A DNA stretch of 64,000 nucleotides from an uncultured delta proteobacterium (lineage in GTDB: Bacteria > Desulfobacterota > Syntrophia > Syntrophales > UBA2185): positions 12,985-76,984 of the forward strand of contig CAVSPA010000012.1 in the NCBI GenBank assembly GCA_963729715.1, read 5' to 3'. Each line of letters opens with the position of its first letter. The first letter of the stretch is position 1. This document shows, in pieces, positions 32,264-42,182 of this stretch. The position numbers and the translations under genes were made by a program. The notes beneath the pieces are model-generated. The model saw only the letters and a program-made list of their open reading frames with translations. It was not told the DNA's origin and did no database searches.

Positions 32264-32884
32264 ATGCAAATGATCAAACCAACACGGACCATAAGTAAAC
32301 TCATAAACGGGACGCCTATTACCATCGTGGCCCTCGGCGATTCCCTGACGCAGGGCTGGATGGTCTCGAATGGTTATATTGATTTCCTGAGAGAAATGCT
32401 TCGCAGGAAGTTTCCTGAAAGCAGATTCAAGCTTGTTAATAGCGGCATACCTGGCGATACGGCTGATTCCGGCCTTTACAGACTGATGGGGGACGTTCTT
32501 TACTACAATCCCGATTGCGTCTTCATACAATACGCAATCAACGATGCCTTTTCGGGATTTACAGAGCAGCAATTTAAGAAGAACATAAAAGGTATTATTG
32601 AGAAAATTAACGAAAATGCTCATACGGATATCATCCTGATAACCTCAGATTATATTGGGGACAATGATGATAACCGCAGCATAGAAAAATATTATCAGCA
32701 GCTCACAGCGCTGGGAGAAGACTACCGCATTCCTGTCGTGCAGGTGCACGAGTACTGGAAGAAGAAGATCGCGGATGGAATCCCGTTCGAATCTTTGGTG
32801 CAGTATGATGGCGTGCATCCCACAGAGGAAGGTTACAGGCTCATGGCGGAGGCCGTCATGAAGCTATTTGAGATAAACGGTTAA
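32264..32884 (+). CDS. SGNH/GDSL hydrolase
   Basis: GDSLT, NSGIPG, IND, DGVHP. Confidence 0.9.
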   Translation: MQMIKPTRTISKLINGTPITIVALGDSLTQGWMVSNGYIDFLREMLRRKFPESRFKLVNSGIPGDTADSGLYRLMGDVLYYNPDCVFIQYAINDAFSGFTEQQFKKNIKGIIEKINENAHTDIILITSDYIGDNDDNRSIEKYYQQLTALGEDYRIPVVQVHEYWKKKIADGIPFESLVQYDGVHPTEEGYRLMAEAVMKLFEING

Positions 32885-33027
32885 GGACAGTACGTTTAGA
32901 CCTTGTCTTCTTCGGCAGGCGTTATTAAATTAAAAAAAAGTGTAAGGCATACAAAACGGAAATATTCTTCTTGCCTCTATTGCCTTCACCTCCATCTCAG
33001 CCCGATGGAAGGCGTGCATGACTATAT

Positions 33028-34506
33028 ATGGATGAGCCATTCATTACACTCGAAGATATCACAATTCGCTTGCGCGATAAATTTATCCTGTCCCATACTT
33101 CGTGGAATATTCTGACCGGCCAGCATTGGGCGATACTGGGACCGAACGGAGCTGGCAAGTCTTCGCTGGTCAGGGTTCTCACAGGCGATGTCCCCTATGT
33201 TCGGGGCAGCATCACTCATCACTTTCCGGAGTATCCCGCCGAGATAATTGGTTGTGTGTCATCCGAACTCCAGGAACATTTGATCGCAAGGGAGAAATTT
33301 CAGGATATGTCGCGCGATTTTGCCGGCAAGCTTGATGATTTTGAAAAAGCGAGAACAACAATTCTTGCCGGCGATCATGATGGAAGGGACGACTTGCCTG
33401 ATTTTGAGAGGATTGTGGAGATTCTCGGTATTGGCTACCTTCTGGATCGCGGTATACGTTATCTCTCCTCCGGCGAAATGAGGAAGGTGCTAATTGCCAG
33501 GGCATTAATCAAATCTCCGAGGCTCCTGGTTCTCGACGAACCTTTTGCCGGCATCGATACGGGATCACGAAAAGAAATCACCGAATCCATGAAAGAACTT
33601 GTGAGGCAGGGACTTCAAATAATCCTTGTTACTCACCGCGTAGAGGAGATACTTCCCTTCATCTCGAACGTACTCTTCGTCAAGAATGGCAAAGTCATGA
33701 TGCAAGGCAAACGAAACGACATCCTAACAAGTGAAAATCTGAACCTTCTGTATGATGTGAAATATTTCGACCATGGGTTTACATTGGACAACAGAAAGCC
33801 CGGAGCTGCAAAAAGTGCGTCATATAAAAACGGGATATTAGTGGATATGAGAAATGTGTCCGTGAAATATGGGAATATACTGGTCTTGAATAATTTGACC
33901 TGGACTGTCAGGCGACATGAAAACTGGGCGATTGTCGGGCCGAGTGGTTCTGGGAAAAGCACCCTCCTGAGTTTGATTGCAGGCGATAATCCTCAGGCAT
34001 ATGGCAATGAAATATACTTGTTCGGCAGGAGGAGGGGAACGGGAGAGAGCATCTGGGATATCAAGGGGCGTATCGGCATGGTGTCTTCAGAGATGCAAAC
34101 GCTCTACAGAAAAGAGATAATTGCATGTGATGTGGTGGCATCGGGCATCTTTGACTCCATAGGACTCTACAGAAATCTTAATTCGGAACAAAGGCAACAG
34201 GCCGATAAATGGATTGAGTTTTTCGGCATATCACATATTGCACATAATATATTCACGCGCCTTTCTTTCGGGGAAAGAAGGATGGTGCTCCTCGCCCGAT
34301 CCATGGTGAAGTCACCCGAGCTTCTTATACTTGATGAACCATGCCAAGGTCTCGACCAGGAGAATCGGAAGCTGTTTATGGGCCTGATTGAGATGATCGG
34401 CAGAAATACAGATACAAATCTCTTATATGTGACGCATTATCGAGATGAGCTTCCTGCATGTATTGACCATATTCTGACATTGAAAAGCCGGAACAAAATG
34501 AAATAG
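33028..34506 (+). CDS. ModF-like tandem ABC ATPase
   Basis: GPNGAGKS, LSSGE, GPSGSGKS, LSFGE, GESIWDIK. Confidence 0.85.
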   Translation: MDEPFITLEDITIRLRDKFILSHTSWNILTGQHWAILGPNGAGKSSLVRVLTGDVPYVRGSITHHFPEYPAEIIGCVSSELQEHLIAREKFQDMSRDFAGKLDDFEKARTTILAGDHDGRDDLPDFERIVEILGIGYLLDRGIRYLSSGEMRKVLIARALIKSPRLLVLDEPFAGIDTGSRKEITESMKELVRQGLQIILVTHRVEEILPFISNVLFVKNGKVMMQGKRNDILTSENLNLLYDVKYFDHGFTLDNRKPGAAKSASYKNGILVDMRNVSVKYGNILVLNNLTWTVRRHENWAIVGPSGSGKSTLLSLIAGDNPQAYGNEIYLFGRRRGTGESIWDIKGRIGMVSSEMQTLYRKEIIACDVVASGIFDSIGLYRNLNSEQRQQADKWIEFFGISHIAHNIFTRLSFGERRMVLLARSMVKSPELLILDEPCQGLDQENRKLFMGLIEMIGRNTDTNLLYVTHYRDELPACIDHILTLKSRNKMK

Positions 34507-34805
34507 GAACGGCAATATGATCGAGCGACAGCTGGCATATTCGCTCTTTATTTAGTATATATCATTTTTATGGAATCACGCCAAATTTCCGCAGCATTTT
34601 CCCAGGGTTCCACCTGCAAGCCCACCCTGGTATGGGTTTTCCCCTAGTATTTCTTACGCATTTTTCCCGTATTGCTTTTTTGAATGCACACATATTGAAT
34701 GGCGACTGCATCTACCGCCCGGGCCGACTGATGAGTCTAAGAAATTCAGATTAGCAATCAGCGATCCGTTTCCCGCTTTGTTTTTGACTTTTCATGGGGT
34801 CACAA

Positions 34806-35238
34806 ATGATGAAATCGAGAAAGGGATTTACGCTTGTTGAATTGATGATCGTCATTAATCGGCGGATTAGCACTTCATGTCTATACGCTGAACAGGAATC
34901 TCAAGTCAGCGGCGAGAGAGATAGCATCTGATTTTTTTGTGTACAGAGCAAGGGCGGTATCTGAGGGCAAGACCTATCGAATCGCCTTTGATATTGACGG
35001 AAACAGCTATACCATCCAACCGGGCTCATCCACTCCTGTCACGCGGAGTCCTATGGCATTTGGGTCTGACATTAGAATCATAGACGCCAATTTCGGAGCA
35101 GGGGAGACCGTTAATTTCCTACCCAGAGGAACCGTGTCACCATTCGGAAATATCAAACTCAGAAACAGCAGGCAGTCCAATGCGACAATCAAGGTCAATA
35201 TAACGGGAAGAACGTATGTCAAATTTGATATTAAATAG
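34806..35238 (+). pseudogene. Frameshifted FimT/GspH-like (pseudo)pilin
   Basis: MMKSRKG|FTLVELMIVI then a frame change; the second frame reads LKSAAREIASD...ARAVSE...F.PRG...VNITGR; most of the hydrophobic helix is missing. Confidence 0.75.
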
Positions 35239-35291
35239 AAGGTGTCGAAGAAAGTGCGATACATGCATAACATCTCATTTTCTTATGCCCA

Positions 35292-36683
35292 TTATGATCG
35301 CACCTTGAGGCGGCTTTTCAAGTAATTCTTGAATTCTTCGTAGCTTGCGGAAAGCTCAAAGGCCCCCCCTTTTTTCTGATCAATGCCCTTCATGCTCTCT
35401 GGCAGTTCAGGGTTTATTCCCAAGAGGTCTTTGATTTCGTCGGGAAATTTTGCTGGATGGGCTGTCTCGATGGATACGCATAGAGGGAAGTCACCATCTC
35501 GTTCCAGATATGCCTCAAGGCCTCTCCAACCTACCGCTCCGTGGGGTTCCAGAAGGATTCCATACTGATCATATGCCCTTCTGATTGTTTTTCTTGTCTC
35601 CTCGTCGGTGATACTCGCGGAGAAGATCCATCGCCTCATCGCGTCTATGTCCGGGTATCTATGCACAGTGCCCCCGCGATCGACTGTTCCCCCGTACAGG
35701 TCGAAGAAGCGGGCGAGGTTGCTTGGATGACCCACGTTCATGGCGCTGGAAAGACACGCCCGAGAAGGCGATATTTTCTTGTACACACCTGTCTCCAGAA
35801 ACCTGGGAAATTCGTCATTCTCGTTAGTAGGCATAACAAGCCTTTTCACAGGGAGGCCCATCCTTCTTGCATATTCGCATCCCAAGGCGTCGCCGAAATT
35901 TCCCGAAGGAACGGAAAAAACTATTTCTTCGCCAGTTCCCGCAAGTTGTGAATAGGCGTAGATGTAATAAATAATCTGCGGGAGTATCCTTCCGAAATTT
36001 ATCGAATTTGCCGAGGTCAGGTTAAGGTCAGTGAAAGACGGATCCGAGAAGGCCTGTTTGACAAGGTTCTGGCAATCGTCAAACTTGCCCAGTACAGAGA
36101 CGGCCTGAACATTTTCGCCGATGGTGTCGAGCTGTTTCTTCTGCCTGCCACTGACTTCGCCTTTCGGATAAAGTATGTAGACGTCAATACCTTCGACGCC
36201 TTTGAAGGCCTCACCAACAGCGCTTCCTGTGTCTCCCGATGTGGCAACGAGGACATTCAGCCTCGTATCCGGATCACGGAAGTAGCTCATCAAGCGGGCC
36301 ATCATCCTGGCTGCAAAATCCTTGAAAGAGGCGGTGGGTCCCTGATCGAGCCTCATGATGAATTTGCGGTCTACCACTCTTTCGATGGGGATCGGGTAGT
36401 TGTACGACTCTCTGACAATTTTCTCCAGCGCCTCGCTGTGGATTTCATCTGCGAGGAATGCCGTCGCAACAAGTATGGCCGCTCCCGTGTAGGGTGTCCC
36501 CTGCAGGGCCATGATACTCTGCATGGGAATGACCGGGATGGGATCCGGCATGAAAAGTCCTTCGTCGGGCGCCTGACCAAGAAGGAGTGCATCTCTGAAA
36601 GAAACAGAATTCTTCCATGGAACCAGGCCCGGGATACCGGCGAGATTCCTATTTGTGCTATAGTAATAGATTCTCTGCGACAT
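35292..36683 (-). CDS. thrC: Threonine synthase
   Basis: GPTASFKDFA, ATSGDTG, SANSINFGR, PSGNFG, TAHPAKF. Confidence 0.95.
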   Translation of the reverse strand: MSQRIYYYSTNRNLAGIPGLVPWKNSVSFRDALLLGQAPDEGLFMPDPIPVIPMQSIMALQGTPYTGAAILVATAFLADEIHSEALEKIVRESYNYPIPIERVVDRKFIMRLDQGPTASFKDFAARMMARLMSYFRDPDTRLNVLVATSGDTGSAVGEAFKGVEGIDVYILYPKGEVSGRQKKQLDTIGENVQAVSVLGKFDDCQNLVKQAFSDPSFTDLNLTSANSINFGRILPQIIYYIYAYSQLAGTGEEIVFSVPSGNFGDALGCEYARRMGLPVKRLVMPTNENDEFPRFLETGVYKKISPSRACLSSAMNVGHPSNLARFFDLYGGTVDRGGTVHRYPDIDAMRRWIFSASITDEETRKTIRRAYDQYGILLEPHGAVGWRGLEAYLERDGDFPLCVSIETAHPAKFPDEIKDLLGINPELPESMKGIDQKKGGAFELSASYEEFKNYLKSRLKVRS

Positions 36684-36786
36684 GGTAAACTAAAGATATC
36701 CTTCTGAAATATTCCACCACACAGTGGATACGTACAAGTTATAACTATCACAATAGCGGTGATCAAGCAAATACGTAAATTTTTTC

Positions 36787-36845
36787 TTGACAACGACATT
36801 TTTTTGGCTTAATCACTACTCAAGCGATAGTATTAGTAGTAATTA
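36787..36845 (+). promoter_or_regulatory. Promoter region and candidate Rrf2 operator
   Basis: TTGACA at 36787; TAATCACTACT-N14-AGTAGTAATTA inverted repeat (10/11). Confidence 0.5.
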
Positions 36846-36860
36846 TATACAAGATAGCTT

Positions 36861-37301
36861 ATGAAACTTTCCACGAGAGCTCGATATGGAGTCCGGTTGA
36901 TGGTTGCCTTGGCCCTTAATTATGGGAAGGGCCTCGTATTTCTGAAGGACATTGCCAAGGGAGAGGATATCTCTGAGAAGTACCTCAGCCAAATCATCAT
37001 ACCCTTACGCGGAGTCGGTTTGGTTAATTCCAGCAGGGGGGCATATGGGGGATATAGTCTTGCCAAAGACCCATCGCAGATTACGATGAAAGAGATCATG
37101 AACGTACTCGAGGGAGACTGCTCCCTAGTGGACTGTGTGAAGGATCCATCCAAATGTCCGAGGGTGCCCATCTGTGCGAGCCATGACGTCTGGGCGATCA
37201 TAGGCGGAAAGATTTCAGAGACCTTGAGTTCGATAACCCTGGATATGCTGGTCAGGATGAATCAGGAAAAAGCTCAAAAGGCGATGATGCATAATATCTG
37301 A
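36861..37301 (+). CDS. Rrf2-family regulator (IscR/CymR-like)
   Basis: MKLSTRARYG, ISEKYL, SSRGAYGGY, C-x6-C-x5-C-x2-H. Confidence 0.9.
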   Translation: MKLSTRARYGVRLMVALALNYGKGLVFLKDIAKGEDISEKYLSQIIIPLRGVGLVNSSRGAYGGYSLAKDPSQITMKEIMNVLEGDCSLVDCVKDPSKCPRVPICASHDVWAIIGGKISETLSSITLDMLVRMNQEKAQKAMMHNI

Positions 37302-37378
37302 AAGATGCCAATATCCCAAAAGCCTCTTAGGAGGATAAACGGCAGGACGGATAATGGATCATCTGGCGAGGATTTAGA

Positions 37379-38548
37379 GTGAAAAAAATATATCTTGATA
37401 ACGCAGCGACGACCCCGGCTGATGTGAAGGTATTGGAGGCCATGTTGCCCTTCTTTTCGCAGGTGTACGGGAATCCCTCAAGCCTCCATGCCTTCGGTCA
37501 GGAAGCCAAGCATGCCATCGAGGAGGCGCGGCACATCACTGCTCAGTTCATCGGCACCAGTGAGGAAGAAATTATTTTTACCAGTGGGGGAACGGAAAGC
37601 AATAATTCTGCGATCAAGGGCGTAGCCTGCGCGAGACGCGATAAGGGGAATCACATCATAACCTCGCGAATAGAGCACCATGCAATCCTCGAAACATGCC
37701 ATTTTCTCGAAAAACACGGGTTTCATGTGACCTATATCCCTGTCGATGAATTTGGCTTGGTTGATCCTGCCGATGTGAAAAAGGCGATTACGGGAAAGAC
37801 GATCCTAATCTCTATCATGCACGCCAATAATGAGATAGGAACAATCGAGCCGATTGCTGAGATCGGTAAAATTGCAAGAAAGAAAGGCATATATTTTCAT
37901 ACCGACGCCGTTCAGTCTTTCGGTCACCTCCCGATAGATATCGGCGAACTGAACGCGGATCTCCTCAGCGCCTCCGGGCATAAGCTGTATGGACCAAAGG
38001 GTGTGGGGATCCTATACGTCAGGAAAGGCATACGCATGCTTCCCTTTATGCATGGCGGTGATCAGGAACAGCGCCGCCGTGCATCGACCCACAACGTGCC
38101 GGGGATCGTCGGTTTTGGAAAGGCTGTGGAACTGGCAAAGGAAGAGATGGCAAGAGAGATCGAGCGACTGACTCTGCTCCGTGATAAACTGATCAAGGGC
38201 ATTCTTGAGAAAATTAAACATGCGCGTTTGAACGGGCACCCGAAAGAGAGGCTCCCGAATAACGTCAATGTTTCTATTTCATATGTGGAAGGCGAATCCA
38301 TGCTGTTGAATCTTGACATGGAGGGGATCGCCTGTTCAACAGGCTCTGCCTGTACTTCATCGTCTCTGGAGCCTTCGCATGTGCTCGCGGCTATTGGGCT
38401 TTCCCATGAGCTTGGCCATGGGTCTCTGAGATTTTCCCTGGGTAGACTGACCTCGGAGGAAGACATAGATTACGTCCTCAAAGTCCTACCCGGCATTGTC
38501 CGCAAACTGCGCGCTATGTCACCTCTGTACAAGAAGGAGTTTAAATAA
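37379..38548 (+). CDS. iscS: Cysteine desulfurase IscS/NifS
   Basis: YLDNAATT, FTSGGTES, SGHKLYGPKG, STGSACTS. Confidence 0.95.
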   Translation: MKKIYLDNAATTPADVKVLEAMLPFFSQVYGNPSSLHAFGQEAKHAIEEARHITAQFIGTSEEEIIFTSGGTESNNSAIKGVACARRDKGNHIITSRIEHHAILETCHFLEKHGFHVTYIPVDEFGLVDPADVKKAITGKTILISIMHANNEIGTIEPIAEIGKIARKKGIYFHTDAVQSFGHLPIDIGELNADLLSASGHKLYGPKGVGILYVRKGIRMLPFMHGGDQEQRRRASTHNVPGIVGFGKAVELAKEEMAREIERLTLLRDKLIKGILEKIKHARLNGHPKERLPNNVNVSISYVEGESMLLNLDMEGIACSTGSACTSSSLEPSHVLAAIGLSHELGHGSLRFSLGRLTSEEDIDYVLKVLPGIVRKLRAMSPLYKKEFK

Positions 38549-38961
38549 TGGAGTACAGTGAAAAGGTAATGGAGCATTTTAGAAATCCAAGAAATGTCGG
38601 TGAAATTGAAAATCCCGATGGGGTCGGAAGGGTGGGGAACCCCGTGTGCGGCGATATTATGGAACTCTATATAACGATTAAAGATGGTGTTATTACAGAC
38701 GCGAAGTTCAAGACCTTCGGCTGCGGCGCCGCCATTGCCACAAGCTCGATGGTCACGGAACTGGTAAAGAATAAGACGATTGATGAGGCTTTGAAAATCT
38801 CCAACCGGGCCGTAGCGGATGCCTTGGGTGGACTGCCGCCCATCAAGATGCACTGCTCGGTCCTAGCGGAGGAGGCGCTCAAAAAAGCCCTTGATCATTA
38901 CCGCGCGCGAGCTTCACTGCCGACGTCCGGCAAGCAGCATAAGAAATTGCAGATTGGATGA
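38548..38961 (+). CDS. iscU: Fe-S scaffold IscU/NifU-N
   Basis: HFRNPRNVG, CGD, FGCGAAIA, LPPIKMHC. Confidence 0.93.
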   Translation: MEYSEKVMEHFRNPRNVGEIENPDGVGRVGNPVCGDIMELYITIKDGVITDAKFKTFGCGAAIATSSMVTELVKNKTIDEALKISNRAVADALGGLPPIKMHCSVLAEEALKKALDHYRARASLPTSGKQHKKLQIG

Positions 38962-40040
38962 AGCACTTGGGTAAGATGACTAGAAAAGTCTTGGTGGCCA
39001 TGAGCGGCGGCGTCGATTCGTCCGTTGCGGCCATGATTATGAAAAATGAAGGGTACGACGTAGCCGGTGTTACCATGTGTCTCGGCATCAGAGACGCAGG
39101 GGATAGTGTCAGGTGCTGTGGCTCTGCCGCCGTCGATGATGCGAAGAGGGTTTGTAACCGGCTCAAAATCCCGCACTATGTCTTCGATTATGCCGAAGAG
39201 CTTGAGGAAAAAGTAATTGCAAGATTCGTGGGTGAGTATCTGAGAGGAAGGACGCCGAACCCCTGCGTAGACTGCAACCGTTACCTCAAATTCGGGAGTC
39301 TTCTGGAAAAAGCAAAGGTTCTCGGGTTTGATTTTCTTGCCACTGGACATTACGCGGCCATTGAACGAAACGAGGAAGGTTTGCATCTGAAAAAGCCCCG
39401 GGACAGGAGGAAGGATCAAACTTATTTCCTGTATCCCATTCCCTATGCCGGCCTCGGGTCCATATTGTTTCCTCTCGCATCCCTGACGAAAGAGGAAGTC
39501 AGGAAGATGGCAACGGAGGCTGCGTTGCCTGTTGCTCAAAAAGAGGAGAGCCAAGACATCTGTTTTGTGACGCAAAAAAATTATCAGGCGTTTCTGTTGG
39601 AAAGGGTGCAGGATTTGAAGGCCGGTCCCGTTTTGGATATGCAAGGGAATGTATTGGGCGAGCACAAGGGGATCATATTTTATACGATAGGCCAGCGGGG
39701 TGGCCTGGGTATCAGTAGTAGAATACCCCGATACGTTGTCTCCATAGATCATGAGAATAATAGCATCGTCATAGGCGGAAAGAATGACCTGAAGGCGAAA
39801 GGGCTTGTTGCCGGAGGTTTGAATATGCTTGCTGAGACCTGGCCAAGCCTCGTTTTCGCCAAGGTCAGATACAGGAAGAAAGAGGCGCCCTGCGCGGTAA
39901 CTCTCGAGAGCGACAGTGTCTGCGTGACATTTGCAGAAGAGCAGGAGGCAATCACCCCGGGCCAGTCCGTTGTCTTCTATGCGGATGACCGTGTTCTGGG
40001 GGGGGGAATTATTGAAGAGGTTTTGCATGGAACTTGTTGA
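38958..40040 (+). CDS. mnmA: tRNA 2-thiouridylase
   Basis: AMSGGVDSS, TPNPC, ATGHYA, KDQTYFL, ESQDICF, TPGQ. Confidence 0.95.
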   Translation: MKHLGKMTRKVLVAMSGGVDSSVAAMIMKNEGYDVAGVTMCLGIRDAGDSVRCCGSAAVDDAKRVCNRLKIPHYVFDYAEELEEKVIARFVGEYLRGRTPNPCVDCNRYLKFGSLLEKAKVLGFDFLATGHYAAIERNEEGLHLKKPRDRRKDQTYFLYPIPYAGLGSILFPLASLTKEEVRKMATEAALPVAQKEESQDICFVTQKNYQAFLLERVQDLKAGPVLDMQGNVLGEHKGIIFYTIGQRGGLGISSRIPRYVVSIDHENNSIVIGGKNDLKAKGLVAGGLNMLAETWPSLVFAKVRYRKKEAPCAVTLESDSVCVTFAEEQEAITPGQSVVFYADDRVLGGGIIEEVLHGTC

Positions 40041-40929
40041 AAAAATCAACCGATTACGAAAAGAGAGAAACGCCGTCATACTGGCGCATAATTATCAGAT
40101 CCCCGAGGTTCAGGATATCGCGGACTATGTCGGAGATTCGCTCGGGCTGAGCATCCAGGCGTCAAAGACTCCTGCCAATGTCATTGTATTCTGCGGCGTC
40201 TATTTCATGGCGGAGACGGCGAAGATTCTTTCACCGGAAAAGACCGTTCTCATCCCGGATGCGAATGCGGGCTGTCCCATGGCGGATATGATCACAGCCG
40301 AAGAGCTCCGGAAACTGAAGCGGGAACATCCTCATGCGAAGGTTCTCTGCTACGTGAACACAACGGCTGATGTCAAAGCCGAGTGTGATGTGTGCTGCAC
40401 CTCAGGGAATGCGGAGCGGATAGTGCGGGAGGCTTTTCGGAGTGATGACGAGATAATTTTTGCTCCGGATCAGTATTTAGCTCATAACATATCGACACGA
40501 GTTGGAAGGGACTTTATTTCCTGGAAGGGCTACTGCCCGACGCACGTGAAGATACTGCCCGAAGATATCGCCAGGAAAAGGCTTCTTTATCCTGACGCCG
40601 AGGTCATGGTGCATCCGGAATGCACACCGTCTATCACCGAGTTGGCTGACAAGGTTGTCTCGACGGAGGGCATGATGAGGCATGCTAAGGAAACAAAGAC
40701 GCGGGAATTTATTATAGGGACGGAAATAGGTATTCTCCACCGTCTGAAAAAGGAAAATCCCGATAAATCTTTCTATCCTGTATCTGAACGGGCTGCCTGT
40801 CCGAATATGAAACTGACGACACTGGAGAAGGTATTGTGGGCTCTGGAGGGAATGCAGTACGAAGTTACCGTGCCTGAGGAAATAATCAGGAGAGCGAAAA
40901 GCAGCCTTCAGATAATGCTTGATCATTAG
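40027..40929 (+). CDS. nadA: Quinolinate synthase
   Basis: ILAHNYQ, FCGVYFMAE, AGCPMA, HPEC, CPNMK. Confidence 0.95.
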   Translation: MELVEKINRLRKERNAVILAHNYQIPEVQDIADYVGDSLGLSIQASKTPANVIVFCGVYFMAETAKILSPEKTVLIPDANAGCPMADMITAEELRKLKREHPHAKVLCYVNTTADVKAECDVCCTSGNAERIVREAFRSDDEIIFAPDQYLAHNISTRVGRDFISWKGYCPTHVKILPEDIARKRLLYPDAEVMVHPECTPSITELADKVVSTEGMMRHAKETKTREFIIGTEIGILHRLKKENPDKSFYPVSERAACPNMKLTTLEKVLWALEGMQYEVTVPEEIIRRAKSSLQIMLDH

Positions 40930-40978
40930 ACCAAAGACATAAGAACTGGAAACGGTGTTATCAAGAAAATAGAAAAAG

Positions 40979-41254
40979 ATGAACTGTTGGGAATTTAAGA
41001 AATGCGGGCGTGAAGCGGGTGGTCTAAATGCGAAAGTAAATGGCGTGTGCCCAGCATATCCAGACCATGGAAGGAAATGTGCACGAGTGGCTGGTACATT
41101 ATGCGGAGGACAAGTCCAGGGTACATTTGCCATGAAGTTATTAGGCTGTATAAAGTGCGATTTTTTTCAGAGCCGGCACTACGACCGTTCTTACAAGAAA
41201 AATAATACTGCCTTCCATCCCTCCCCTTCCGCAAGGGGAGGGGAGGATTCTTAG
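40979..41254 (+). CDS. Small Cys-rich two-CW-type protein
   Basis: NCWEFKKCGRE...CPA...C..VAGTLCGG...CIKCDF. Confidence 0.7.
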   Translation: MNCWEFKKCGREAGGLNAKVNGVCPAYPDHGRKCARVAGTLCGGQVQGTFAMKLLGCIKCDFFQSRHYDRSYKKNNTAFHPSPSARGGEDS

Positions 41255-41263
41255 GGAAAGTAT

Positions 41264-42031
41264 ATGGAACCGTTTGACATTACTATCATAAGAAAAGGTA
41301 TTCGGGAGAAAGTTTCCCGACGTGTCTCGGAGGAGATTCCCCTTACCATAGAGGTGAACGGGAACGAACTCGTCACATTGCTCTCGAGCCCGGGGGACCT
41401 GGAAAACCTCGTGTACGGTTTTCTTTTTAACTCGGGCTTTATTGAAGAAGCCAGTGACGTCAAGAGTCTGATCATTGACCGCGATCGGTGGAAAGGGGCC
41501 GTGAAGCTTGCCCGGGAGGGCATATCTGAAGAGATGCTCTTCAAGAGGATATATACCTCCGGCTGCGGTAAGGGAGTCATATTTCACAATCCCCTGGATG
41601 TGATGAACAGGGTGCGGCTCCCCGATGGATTTACAGTGGATTACAAGAAGATCGAGGAATTCATGGGAATGTTTCAAACGAAATCTCCCGAGCATAAGGA
41701 AACGCGAGGCGTGCACAGCAGCGCCCTTGCGGACGGCAACGATATTCTTATCTTCCGCGACGATATAGGCAGGCACAACGCGATCGATAAGGTTATAGGT
41801 GAAGCCCTGTGCCGGGGACTTGAGCTTGAAAACAAGATGATCTTAACGAGCGGCCGCGTGTCCTCGGAGATCTTATCCAAGCTGCTGCGGTGCCGGATAC
41901 CGATAATCGTGGCCGCAGGAGCGCCGACCAACCAGGCCGTAAAACTGGCAAAAAACGTTAATCTGACTGTTGTCGGTCTCGCACGGGGAAGTATAATGTG
42001 CATCTTCAGCGGCGAGGAGAGAATCGTCTAA
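41264..42031 (+). CDS. fdhD: Formate dehydrogenase accessory sulfurtransferase
   Basis: TSGCG, GVH, DIGRHNAIDK, TSGR. Confidence 0.92.
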   Translation: MEPFDITIIRKGIREKVSRRVSEEIPLTIEVNGNELVTLLSSPGDLENLVYGFLFNSGFIEEASDVKSLIIDRDRWKGAVKLAREGISEEMLFKRIYTSGCGKGVIFHNPLDVMNRVRLPDGFTVDYKKIEEFMGMFQTKSPEHKETRGVHSSALADGNDILIFRDDIGRHNAIDKVIGEALCRGLELENKMILTSGRVSSEILSKLLRCRIPIIVAAGAPTNQAVKLAKNVNLTVVGLARGSIMCIFSGEERIV

Positions 42032-42182
42032 CAAACTGATTCATTGCTCTGATGCGGCAATCAAATATGCGTCATACCGGACGCAATCAGGTATCGAGTC
42101 TGGCATGAGTTGCCTCTCCCCATCAATCGCTGCGATATTTAATTGCCGTTTCCTAACACGATGACATGAAAGGTGAGATGAC

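Noticed and set aside
34725..34760. CTGATGAG resembling a hammerhead ribozyme core or riboswitch
   Set aside because: No GAAA after a plausible stem II; no full fluoride or ZTP consensus found by eye
38898..40079. 393-aa minus-strand ORF
   Set aside because: Antisense to mnmA
42032..42182. Possible SAM riboswitch upstream of metY
   Set aside because: SAM-I conserved elements not recognisable
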